From the NCBI GenBank assembly GCA_013239625.1, contig MU056262.1:8780134-8844133 (forward strand): 64,000 nt of DNA, written 5' to 3'. The notes beneath the pieces were generated by a model, which saw only the letters and a program-made list of their open reading frames with translations, was not told the origin of the DNA and searched no databases. The stretch is from Lama guanicoe (Eukaryota). A program made the translations under genes and the position numbers. Positions 1 through 11,115 of this stretch are shown piece by piece (the stretch's first letter is position 1; every line of letters starts with the position of its first letter).

Positions 1-133
1 TGGCCGAGCAGGGCTGTGGAGAGCAGGCCCAGAAGGATGAGTAGGGCAGCCAGAGCCAAGATGGCAGGAGCCTGGGTCTCCACAGGGGCAGCAGGCAGGA
101 ACACAAACCACACATCTGTGTGATTCTTCAGGA
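1..133 (-). CDS. ZDHHC1: ZDHHC1 coding exon (partial, runs off window): (V)LKNHTDVWFVFLPAAPVETQAPAILALAALLILLGLLSTALLG
   Basis: Minus-strand translation matches the ZDHHC1 TM region as recalled. Acceptor cttgcag| (CT at 134-135 on +). Phase is consistent with the upstream exon. Confidence 0.93.
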
Positions 134-233
134 CTGCAAGGCATGGACAGACTGTGCTCAGCCAGGTCTGTGACTAGTGACCAGAACAGGCCCAGGGTTG
201 TGGGGTGGGAGTGGGTCTAGAGCCCACACTGAC

Positions 234-358
234 CTTCAAAGTGGCGGTTGGTACGCAGCCGCATGGGGTTGACAAAGAACTCCACAAAGACATAAGTGGC
301 CACCAGCACGAGGAGCAGGACACCCAGTAAAGCAGATGCCACACTGTGTAGAAAAAGC
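234..358 (-). CDS. ZDHHC1: ZDHHC1 coding exon, 125 nt: (R)LFLHSVASALLGVLLLVLVATYVFVEFFVNPMRLRTNRHFE
   Basis: Acceptor ggcccag|, donor GAAG|gtcagt. Translation matches ZDHHC1. Confidence 0.95.
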
Positions 359-759
359 CTGGGCCCAGCCATGGGCAGCTGTTAGCACCCAGGTGCTCCA
401 GCAGGGTAAGGACCCAGAGCTCAGAAGGGCCCATGGTTGGGATGGGGAGCCGGGCCTCTGACCCCAGAGCCCCAACTCCTCAGGAAGCTAAAGACTTAGG
501 GCAAAGATTATAGTGAGCAGACACCCCTAATAGGCTCCCCACCTTTCCCTGGGCCAGCAAGAGGAAGACCCCAAATCTACCCTCAGTGTCCCAGGCAGCA
601 GCCATCAGGAGCATCACCCTCAGACCAGCACACATTAACACATATCAGCGTAAGGTCCCCCAAGTACCACTATCCTCGCCCTGCCCCACATGCAGGTTCA
701 AGACTCGTACATTCAGACATGCATCCCCAGGCACTTTTGTGGCCGGGGCCGGCTCTCAC

Positions 760-861
760 CGGTAGTTCCTCTCGCCTACGCAGTTATTGAGCCACTTGCA
801 GTGGTGGTCAAAGCCGCACACGCACTTGTTGCAGGCGCTGCAGTGCTTGGAACGAGCGCTC
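760..861 (-). CDS. ZDHHC1: ZDHHC1 coding exon, 102 nt, containing the catalytic DHHC motif ([33 protein letters not shown])
   Basis: Acceptor ccaccgcag|, donor CG|gtgaga. DHHC cysteine-rich domain read directly from the sequence. Confidence 0.97.
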
Positions 862-995
862 CTGCGGTGGGAGGAGGCACAGCGCGGTTGCGGGCTCATC
901 CAGCTCTTTGCTGCCTGGCCTGGCTCGGGGGGCGCTGGAGAGAGTTACCCATCCGAGCCTATGCCGGCAGCGGAGCGCATCTACGGGGAAGCGCG

Positions 996-1017
996 CACGC
1001 CCTCTGGCGGGCTGCAC
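996..1017 (-). promoter_or_regulatory. Candidate CTCF site in a small intronic CpG-rich patch
   Basis: Minus strand reads GTGCAGCCCGCCAGAGGGCGTG (CCGCCAGAGGGCG core), within the CpG-rich stretch at 870-1160. Confidence 0.5.
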
Positions 1018-1829
1018 TGTGGGTCGGGGCACCAGAGGAGGTAGCGCATTTGAAGGGGCGGAGAGGCAGGGAAGTGGCGGCGGAGAGGGGGAGTGTACCC
1101 GCGGCGGCAGGAGGAGTAGGGGGGCATTATACTGTCCCAGTCTGGGACTGCGCACCTGGGTGATGGTGATGTGAAATGAAAATCGGGTTTCCTTTCTAAG
1201 TAAGGACTCCTGCGCCCAACCAGGAGACAATGCAGATGTGGGGCCAGGGAGAAGAGGGCAAGGCTGTTCAGTGCAGGGCCTGCGTTGCTCTTCCTGATAT
1301 CTACATTTTTTGAGTCTCTGTTTCTCTACCAGACTATGGGGATTTTCTTGGCAATCTTCCAGAGAACTCTGTCTGGGCTAATCTAAAGGGAGCCAAAGGA
1401 AGAGAAGCAAACTGACATCTGGGTGAGCAGTTGGCAGTTCACTGCAGGGGGTCAGATGAGATAAGGCCACATTAGGAATGCAAGTAGTCCCCCTGCCCCA
1501 GGAAGGGACCAATAAAGCCCAAAGGAGTGGACGAGTAAGATGCAACCTTCTCCCCTAGAACAGAACGGAGCCCTGGAATAGGCAGCAACTGCCAGAGCAT
1601 ACACTGAGGAACAATGCACTGTGTCTAGTGAAGGAAAGGATGGTCTGATGCCAAAGTCCTCAGCATCTGAGTGTCATTGGCTCTTTCTCTGTTCTATGGA
1701 CAGAGCCCCTTCCACAGGCTGCTTGGGTCTTAAGATTAGAAGTGTGGAGCTGGCCTTGAACCATACCCCTATCCCTGATCCCCTACCTGAGGTTGGGAGA
1801 CTGAGATGTTCTAGGGAGGCATTCTGACT

Positions 1830-2110
1830 CCTCCACCTACTAGCAGTGTGATCTGGAGCAAGTCACTTGGCCTCTCTGGGCCTCAGATTCCTCATGCATA
1901 AACAAGGATAACAGTATCAAATCTGGGGCCAGGCAGGCTGGGTTGTGAATCTGGCTCTGCTGCCCAACAGCCGTATGATCAACCTCAAGCTGCTCAGCCT
2001 TTCTGAGCAATGGGCTCTTCCTCCTCTGTGAACTGAGAAATATACTGCCCATCCTACAGGGTGATTGTTCATAAGCACTTCGCACAAGGTAAGTACTCAA
2101 GTGTTAGCTC
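1830..2110 (+). mobile_element. MIR SINE fragments (two adjacent)
   Basis: MIR core gcaagtcacttggcctctctgggcctcagattcctc and tail cctacagggtgattgtt. Confidence 0.7.
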
Positions 2111-2448
2111 CCCTCCCCACCCCTAGCTGGGAATGATTGTGAGAGAAGAGGGGTGGGGTTACTGGCAGAATTAGTCATTAGAAGTGTTTGTGGCGGTGCC
2201 AAATGTTTCCTACTTTAACTGTTGGAAATGCTACTCCTCATCTTGTTTCCAATCACCTTCTCCTCACCTCCTTCACCCAATTTTCTGTCACTCCATCAAG
2301 ATTCCTGACTGTGTGAAACACGAGGGTTATGAGGCTTCAGGATGACTATATAGCCTGGGTATACCCCGTCTGCCTTGAGCTCCTGCTGGCAGTTCCCTGG
2401 GGGCACTCATTAGCCCAGTCCACACACACCCAGTCCACATGCACTTAC

Positions 2449-2624
2449 ACATCCACGTCACACAAGTTGCAGTGCAGGTCTTCAATGACGTGTGCATGCT
2501 GGCTGCGGTTGAAGATGGGCAGGGGCCCTGCATAACTCTTGTCCCGCACGTTGGCATCTGCTGGATCGATGGAAACAGCAGTCAGGTGCACCACGAGGTG
2601 GCCAGCAAAGATGGTGCCCATGCA
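2449..2624 (-). CDS. ZDHHC1: ZDHHC1 coding exon, 176 nt: CMGTIFAGHLVVHLTAVSIDPADANVRDKSYAGPLPIFNRSQHAHVIEDLHCNLCDVD
   Basis: Acceptor ggccag| preceded by a U12-like branch site, donor GT|gtaagt. Translation matches ZDHHC1. Confidence 0.96.
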
Positions 2625-3341
2625 CTGGCCCAGAAGGTTAAAGAGTCACGTCATACTTTTTTCTAAGAGTCCCACCCCTGCTTCCTTTAGCCAGAGAACC
2701 GATCACTATCTCCATGCAACTCCCTAGTGCAGAGACTCTCTGCCTGTCCCCCAAGAGCCTCCTTGTCAGACCTCTCTAGCATACCTGTGCCCCAGGTGGA
2801 AGAGGAAAGGGGTCATCTGGTAACGGAGTTCACAACCCAGCACTGCCTGCTGCTACTGAGGGGCCTAACCGCAGGGACCTGGCCTCACTGTTCCAGGCCC
2901 AGGGAAAGCGCTGGCTGGCCCTACCAGGTTTCAGATTCTAAATGGTAAAATGAGACCATCCTCTAAGGTTGAAGGACCCAAAGTATAAGTTTTAAGCTTG
3001 TTTATCTTGCTTCCACAGGAAGTCAGCTTTGAGAAGGAATCAGCCACTCTCTCTCAGCAGTTAGGCCAACTGGAGAATCACTTGCAGACAGGGCCTCATA
3101 TACCCACCACCTCCACAACCTAAAACCAGGTACTTGGAGCTCTGAGGCTGAATGTCTGGAGATGGCCTAACATGTTCAGGGGCTGGCCAGGGGCAGCATG
3201 GCTAATTCCTGGAGCTAAAACACAGATCTTCCAGGATCAATCTACTCAGCAATTGGACCAAATGCTAGAGAAAGGTGTGCTGACAACTTGCTACAAAGTC
3301 TGAATGTATAAAAATTCACTAATAGATTCCACCCAGGCAGC

Positions 3342-3380
3342 CATCCACCCTCCATCTATCTATCCATCCATCCATCCATT
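3342..3380 (+). repeat. (TCCA/TCTA)n simple repeat
   Basis: catccaccctccatctatctatccatccatccatccatt. Confidence 0.75.
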
Positions 3381-5499
3381 CTCTTGTTAGCCAAGTAGTC
3401 ATCATCCCCCCATCATTCATCCTCCATCCATTAGCTGTCCAACCTCCTTTTCTCCTTTCCTCCTCCTCCCAGCAGCCAAATTTCCCTACATGCTACATGA
3501 GCCAGTCTCCACCTTAGCGTGCCGTACCAGAGCTGAAAGAGACAATCCCGTGGCCCACTACAAGCTTTCTATCCCTACAGCCTTGGCCATGGTCAAGTCT
3601 CCACCTCTGACCTGGGTTATTCCATAGTTTCCTGACTCTTCCCCTCCTGTCTGGGTCCCCTTGAGTCTACCCTTCACTTGGTCCCAAAGTGAGCTCTGAA
3701 AAGCTTAAACCTAAGGCCTCAACTGCTTAAACTCCTGCAGTGACTCTCAATGGCTCTCAAGCTAAAGTTTACTTTTGAGCTAAGTGCCAAGGCCCCTTTA
3801 GCTCTGGCTCCTCTCAAACCTCTCTGGTATCACCAACTGCTACTCATCACCACTTCAGCCTCTCTTCAGACACGCTGAATGTGGGCGAACATTTAGTTTC
3901 CTGCTGTTCCAACACTTCTCCCTCCCCCAGCCCCCTGGTTCACTCATCCAACTGTTTACTGAGGTTTTTCTCTATGGCAGGACTGAGGAATATGGAAGGA
4001 GCAAGACAGACTTGGTCCCTAGCTCCAAGGAGCCTACAGTCTGGTGGGAAACACAGATGTTAATCAAATAGTGGGTTGACTGCAATGAAGAGAGTTCATG
4101 GGACTGTGTGAGTTTGTAACTGGGTGACCTCATCTAGTCTGAAGGGATCTGGAAAGCTTCCCTGAGGAAGTACTGTCTCAGCTAAAATGTGGAGAGGAAC
4201 AGATAACAGGGATCTGACAGGTAATATAAAGAGGAAAGGAGGCCTGGCTGGGTACTGGGAGCAAGCAGAGTCCTAACTAGGGAGTGGCTGATGTTTGGTT
4301 CCAGATCACCGCATTGCTGCCATGCAAGAAAGAGGGCCCATGTCACCAAATTCTGGCTTTTCAAAATCTGGATTTGTGCACATTTGTGTCTGGATAAGTA
4401 AGGCCTCTCATTTTTTAAATGTTGACAAGGAAATAATTTTTAAAATGTACATGCTGAAAGAACACTTAAAATATGTCCATTGTGTGTGTTCATTATCCCT
4501 CAATTAAAAAAAAAACCTATGGACCAAACTAGCCCATAGGCTGCTATTTCTTGACTTCTGACTTAGCTGGGTAGTGGGATGGAGAGAGAGAGGAGAGAGA
4601 ATAGGGGTTTCCACGCAGAGACCAGAGTTGTTGCAACAGAGAACAACAGAGGAAATAATATAAGAAGATGCTGGGGAGATGGGCAGAGTCCAGAATGTGC
4701 AGCGCCTTGAGGATCTTAAAACTTAAAGCAGGAAGAAGCCATTAGAAGGTGTTAAGCTAGGGAGCAACTTTATCATATTTGTTTTTGAAAGGGCACTCTG
4801 GCTGCAGGGACACAGATGGGCTGGCTGGAGTGACAGTGTGCATGGGGAGACCTGTTTGGAAATGAAATGGTCATCTAGGTAAGAGACGCACATGGCAGTG
4901 GGGAGAAAAGAGGAAAAATTCAATAGCTTTTTAAGAGATAAAATCAACAGGACTTGATAACTGACTCGGTATAGGTGCTGAAGGAAAGGGGTGGAACCAA
5001 GAGTACCTAGAGAGGCCAGGAGGAGGGAGGAGGGGAACGCAGAGCAGCAGGTGTGCATCTGGGCTCATGGTGATGTTGATCTAGATGGCCCCCGTCCTGC
5101 ACCTACAGTTTGCTATATGAGCTCCTACCCCCTTACTTACTACATGATGATCTACAATCTACAAGGCTTTCCTCCAGTTGGAAGCTGAGCACCCCAGAGC
5201 TGGGGCCCTATTTTACTCATCTTTGCAACCCTAGGGCCCAGGCCAGTTCTAGGCCCAAGGTGAGTCCTTAGTATATACCATTACCCTACCTCATTCCCCA
5301 GGGGCCCCTGAGGGAGCCTACAAAAGGAAGGTGACTTTAATGGGAGGACAGAGAACCATTCAGGCCTGGAAATAGGAGTGTCCAACCGGGTGATTCTGTG
5401 AGCCTCCAGCATAGCCCAAAGCAATGAATGTGGAGAGGACAAAACCCTCAAACCATCCCACTGCCTGAGTCCGGCTGCCTGAACAGCCCTTCTGTCCTC

Positions 5500-5675
5500 A
5501 TTTGATACCAACTATGTGACCTCAGGAAGTCATTTAATCTCTCTGGACCCCAATTTCTTTTAGTAAAGTGAGTTGAACACCTTCCTTACAGATTATTACG
5601 AGGACAGAATGAGGTCATGCATGTAGGGATTGGCACAGAACCTGGCATATAAAAGTGCTCAATAAATGCTAGTTA
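5500..5675 (+). mobile_element. MIR SINE
   Basis: tgtgacctcaggaagtcatttaatctctctg ... cctggcatataaaagtgctcaataaatgctagtta. Confidence 0.75.
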
Positions 5676-7062
5676 CACTTGTTTACTGTCAGTTGCTCTG
5701 ATTCTACTCACTCTAAACCACGTAGTTATTAATCTGGCTTCCCAGGTACCCCAATGGCAGAAACCCAGGTAGTCCTGAGTGAGTGGTATCCCCATTCAGG
5801 ACCATGGAAGGAATGTTCCATGAAGCATTCTACTTAATAGCACTGACTAAGCCCTGTTGGTCACCTCAAAGAAACTCTAGTTTTAATTTACAGAGTTGAT
5901 GACTAGGCCCTGGGCCCTAGTGAAACAGGACATCCCCCAATGACATTGCTGGTGTCTGAGGCCGACAACCTTCTCTAGAGTCTTTCTCTACCCACCTACC
6001 TTTGTCACCCACCAGCTCAGGGCTTTACAGTTTCCCAAGAGAGCATGCTCACATTCATGGCTCATATATTCTGGTGCTCACACACACTTCCTTGTGTGCT
6101 CCTTGTCCCCACCTTGGGAAGCAGGTAGGACTCTTCCTGTCAGACAGAGGAGGGGGCTGACGTGTGGTAAGCTGGGAGAAGCTGCTCAGCCTTGTGCAGC
6201 CCTGAAAAGGCTGAGTTGGGACCAAGCTCAGGAGCTGGCTCTGTGCCTGAGTCTTTCAAATTCATCCATGCTAATTCCCTTAGCTCACCCTAGTCCAAGG
6301 AATCATCTCCATGAAGCATACATGCCAGGGTACATTCTCATGGGCACCCTCTGGACAGGGGCACATGGCCACATGCTATACCCCAATCTCCCAGCCTTGC
6401 AGCCATGTCCTCTGTTCCTGGGGGTTATGGCCAGGGCTGGGGCAGTCATACCAGTGGGCTCAGGCATGTTCATATTTGTCACTGTTCCCAGGAACCTTCA
6501 GGGCATCTTTATCCCTCCTCTTGTCAATTCAACCTTACCCTTAAAGGGTCTGATTTATAAAATCAATGAGCTCCTAAACAGTCTTGGGTACAGCATAATA
6601 ACCTCTCTAAATAAAATCACATTTTAAATGTACCAGCAAACTTACTATGTAAAGGAATTCTACCATGATTATTTTCAAAAAGTGAAAAACTATTTCATAA
6701 ATGGACCAATTACTCTATTTTATCCCTTGTTGAGCAATGTACACTATTAGTTTAAAGAGAACTTTAAAGTTCTCTTCTGTAATTGCTCTTGTGGTACCTA
6801 AGTTGATGAGGTTCCCATCTGTGTGGGGGCTTTCAATGCTCCAAGGTTTGTTAGGTCTGTTCCCTCACCCCATCAGGCAGATGGATCAGATGGAAGTTGG
6901 AGGCCAGGCAGGTAGGCAGGTGGTCCCCCCACCCCCCACCCAGGGCAGAGACAGGGCTCTGCACTCTTGAGTCTTTGGAGCCCAGCTTCAGATCTCTCCC
7001 ATGTCCCTCCATCCTTTGCCCCCACTCTTCCATGTACCAGTCCCACACTTTCCCAAGGATAC

Positions 7063-7305
7063 AGCATAGCCAGCAGGCACCCAGTGGTGAGGCAGGAGGG
7101 GAACGAGGACCCCAAAGCCAATCACAGCAAAGAAGAGGTACAGCAGCCAGGCCACAATCTGGAGCGGGTGAGGGGGCCAGCTCCACCCATTCCGGCGGGA
7201 CCGTTGGCCCTGCAGCTCTGGAGAGGGTCTGCTGGCCTGCGCAGATCCTGTCCACACACTCTTCTCGGGGGCTGTCTTGTTGGAGGGCTTGTTGCAGATG
7301 TTCAT
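7063..7305 (-). CDS. ZDHHC1: ZDHHC1 coding exon, 243 nt: MNICNKPSNKTAPEKSVW...RRNGWSWPPHPLQIVAWLLYLFFAVIGFGVLVPLLPHHWVPAGYA
   Basis: Contained in ORF 6988..7395(-). Acceptor ttctccctctggag|ATG, U12-type donor at the 3' end. Recognised ZDHHC1 N-terminus. Confidence 0.96.
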
Positions 7306-8419
7306 CTCCAGAGGGAGAAAGAGTAGAGAGAGCATTAGCCTGAGGAGGCCTGGGCTGGAGCCCAGAGCCTCATGCCTACAGCCAGGTTTCAGCAAGGGGG
7401 GAGCAGACTGGGATGTGAAGCCATCTCCCAGCTACTCTGCAGGGGAATCCAAGGCCCTAGCATGAGGAAGCCTGCAGTGAGGATGGATAGCAGCAGAGTG
7501 CTGGTCTCAAAGCCCCAGAGTAAGCTCTGGCCCTAGCCCTAGCCAGGACAAGGTAGGAGGGTCTAGGGTTTATTCAGGACACAGTGTGACTGCCTATTAC
7601 TCAAAGCGCTCTGTCTCCACAGCCATCAAAGTTAAACTCAGTAAGACATGTTCTCATCTGGTAATAATATCAGGCTGGGGCCAGAGTGATGAGAACACCC
7701 ACTGATTCTGTTAGGATTAGTCACCTCTGTCCTGAGGCCCCAATGCAAGGAAAACAGGGAATGGGGGGTGCTCAGAAGAGGGATCTGGCCTCTGCCCTTC
7801 AGCAAGCACATAATCCGTTTAAGGACTAGGGGACCCTGAACCATCTCCCCTGTGCCTCAGATGAGCTGCCTGGGCCTCTTGGCTGGGGAGAAGCCAGCAT
7901 ACAAGAGAAGGGGGAGGACTCTGATTCCAGCAGCAGAAATGACCATGTTTCTCTAAGTAAAGCTGAGCCTGGTGCAGTAAGAACAGAAAGGTGCACTGAT
8001 GCCTTGGACTCAACTGAGGGAGCTCAGGGAAAGACCTGCCTTGGCCAGAGCCAAAACACCAGATGGCAGCACTACTCCACCCCCATCTCACCATCCTCAG
8101 CCCAAGAGCTGACCTGGTGGTCAAAGTTACATGCAGGGCAGGCAGGGTGGGCCTATCAGAACAGGAAAAAGAGCCCAATCCTTGGTATCTTCCGGGCCTG
8201 AGGTGGGACCAGAGCTTGGGCAGGCGTGCCCTACCTGGGTAGAGAGGCCAACTTGAAGCTCTTGATGGGAAAGTCAGGAGCAGGGGCAAAGCCCTGGCAG
8301 CTGGACTCTCCTTTCAGGAGCCCATGCCTATGGGCTAGGGAGTCTAAGACAAGAGGTATGGCAGACTCCCCTCAGCACATCTTCCTGGAACACCTTCCTC
8401 ACTTCTCAACTCAACAAAA

Positions 8420-8705
8420 TGTAACTTGAACTTCAGAATCCAAGCAAGCATCACCTCATCCAGGAAGCCTTCCCTGATGCCCCGAGTAGGTCAGGGGGCC
8501 TTTGTGCTCAGTCTTTATTGAGCAAGTCACTTTGCCACTTGGAACACTTTGCCATCTCCATGTCTTTCCTCCTATTGTGCCAGCTTCCCCTAAGGGCAGC
8601 AAAGGTACTGTAATTCATTCACCTCTGTTCCCCATATTCCCTCCCCCAAGTACCCAGAACATACCTTGTACATAGTAGGTGCTCAGTAAATGTCTGCTGA
8701 CTTGA
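8420..8705 (+). mobile_element. L2 LINE 3' end (overlaps the ZDHHC1 start-codon exon in antisense)
   Basis: caggaagccttccctga ... ccagaacataccttgtacatagtaggtgctcagtaaatgtctgctga resembles the L2 terminal consensus (cctggcacatagtaggtgctcaataaatatttgttgaatg). Confidence 0.75.
8665..8673 (-). CDS. ZDHHC1: ZDHHC1 first coding codons ATG TAC AAG (MYK), within a 47-nt exon at 8665-8711
   Basis: Acceptor ccttttatttcag|, donor AAG|gtatgt. Joining to the next exon gives MYKMNICNK, the human ZDHHC1 N-terminus as recalled. Confidence 0.85.
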
Positions 8706-10562
8706 AAACATCTGAAATAAAAGGAAATGTGGGCACAGTAAATGGTATGGAATCCTGATCCACCCAAAGCCTTCTGACCCATTTTGCCCTGCCTTCAGTC
8801 TGCACAGCCACCAAGCACCCATACCCACCATCCCCAGATCCCCCTGCCCACTGGCTATTACCCTCACTGCCAGACATTCGCATTCAGCCACTCTGCCCTT
8901 CATCCCACCCGAGACTCAGAGCCTCTTGTAAACCAAACCTGGCGTATCTGTAGCCTAATCTCAAAGCTAAATGGAGTGACCCTAGTTTTTTCCCAGGGAC
9001 TCCCCTGGAATCCTTTGGTCATTTGCTTTGTCTTCAGTAAAAAGCAGTGGAAAGTGAAAAGAGTCCCAGCTTTGGAGAAATCAGATCTAGGTTCAAGTCC
9101 TAGTTCTGTACTTGCTCGCTGAGTGGCCTGAGTTTCATCTGAAAAACGGGTAGGGATGCCTATTTAGGACTACGCATTGATCAACAGCACTGTAGGTAAA
9201 GCCTTGACACAAATGCTTTCTAAGTGGTAGACATTATGATTACCCTTAAAATAGCCCTCTGGGGTGGCCTCATCTTTTCAAACTGAGGCGGTTACTGCCT
9301 CTGACATTCTATGAGATTTTATGAGGTTTATACCCAAAGTGATGGGGTTGGTTGAAGTTGCTTTCTTAGTCAGTAGTCCCAAGGAACACACTGTCATAAG
9401 AGCTGGGCCACTGGATTGTCATCCTAACCTTCTCAGCTTTGGTCAAAAATGACAAAAGTGATTTTTAAAAATCTGGCATCACTTTATTTTGAATGTCCCC
9501 AGAAGCAGCAAATCTTTGTCCTTGCTTTTAGAAACAAAGGTCATCAAGTCAAGCTCTGTGAATACGGAGCTGGGTGGTTCTGTTCAGAACCGCCTGTGAT
9601 TTGCACACAGATTCTTCAGTGACACCATCAACAAGGCAATTCCTTCGAAGGGAACCCATTAATTGGGATCCCTAAGTTCTAGTTTTATTTTTGCCATCCT
9701 CACGCCTGAATAACCCTGCACCTTGAGGTAGTTTCTAAAGAAAGAAGCAGAGGCACATGGCTGACATGTCCCTGCTGCTGGAATGGGCGGGTAGTGGCCA
9801 CAGGCACCCCCAGTGCTGCTGCACTAACCCTGATATCTGAGGCAAGAGGAGTTGCCATCTAAGGCCAGGGGCCTACCACAAACAGCCTGAAGGGTGGTTC
9901 TGATTCCAAACCACAGCACCCTTGGCCCAGAGAGGTACCACTTGTATGAACCGTGGATGAAGGGATGGTGCCACTGGGTCTAGGTCCCTTGCAGCAGCGG
10001 CAGCACTCCAGACTAGATAGCCAAGCTGGCCAGGAGGCATGCCACCTGCACCAAAAGCCTGGGCCAATCAACTCTTAACTGATAAATTTTCCATTGCAGA
10101 GTTGGCTGCCACAAATTCTTTTGGCCCCCAAATTTTTTATTAAAAGGGCTGGGAGGAAGGAGAGAATTCAAGATGGGGCCTCAAGCATAGATGGAACTTC
10201 TCTGGCTGCCCCTCTTCTCTCAGCACTTCCCTAGGAGACTAGATTGAAAGATGCATGGTTCTGCTCCCAGACAACTCAGCCAGCTTGTGTACTCACCTTG
10301 GCCCAGTCAGTGCTTATGGGGCCTAGCCCCCTGTGTGCACTAAAGATGCAAACACAGATGAGACCAGGTTCCTGCCCTCAAGGTCTTGCTATGTGGGGAC
10401 CCAGACAGACCTAGACAGATATCAGGGCAGTGGATGAATGGGTATTTAAGCAGCCTTGCAAGGCCCTGTGACAGAACACAGGGTAGATGGTTTTGGGGTT
10501 AGAGAGCAAGGTCCAGGGAGAAAGAGATGAGCCCCGGGGAGCTACAGGGTTAGATCCCAGGT

Positions 10563-11115
10563 GGAAACTGAGTTCCCCTAAGACTGAGTTCCCTTACCAA
10601 AATTATGATTAATCTGTCCAAAACTCTATCCACTTTCTTGTCCCCTCTGACCGCAATCCTGTGCTAACTGAACACTAAACAACCAAAGTCAGCTGACTAA
10701 AACTGCCGTTGTTGATAACATCATTAATGTACTAAAATTGGGACTATAGATTTTATCATTAACATACAAACTCAGGTTGTTTCTCCCAAGCAAGATGAGC
10801 TAACAGATCCATAAGCCATGGACCACCTGGCCAGAGAGTCATAAATCAGAGACATTCTGACACCAAAAACTATGATTACAAAGTATAACAAAAACGTCAC
10901 AAAATAATGATTAATCTCAGCCTCACTGTTCTTCCCCTTAAAAAAAAAAAAGCCCATAACTCAAAGACCAAGTTGGAGTGGATCAGAGGCTTATTTCCCA
11001 CTCCCTTGCTTGGTACCCTGCAATAAACACTGTACTTTACTTCACCACAGCTCAGTGTCAGTAGATTGGCTTTGCTGAGCATTGGGCAAGCAGACTTGAC
11101 TTTGGTTTGGTAACA
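10563..11115 (+). mobile_element. Solo ERV (probably ERV1-class) LTR
   Basis: About 550 bp. Ends ...ggtttggTAACA, has an internal AATAAA (about 11022) followed by a U5-like tail, and is flanked by AGGT(G) on both sides (10559-10563 and 11116-11120). Family not assigned. Confidence 0.65.

Larger units (their letters stand above)
2625..7062 (-). other. ZDHHC1: U12-type (minor spliceosome) GT-AG intron of ZDHHC1
   Basis: 5' splice site |GTATCCTTG (U12 consensus RTATCCTT). 3' end GACTCTTTAACCTTCTGGGCCAG| has a TCTTTAAC branch site close to the AG and no long polypyrimidine tract. Confidence 0.85.

Noticed and set aside
9049-9061. ISRE-like GGAAAGTGAAAAG near the ZDHHC1 start exon
   Set aside because: Single short motif at the edge of a MIR, expected by chance; no supporting cluster.
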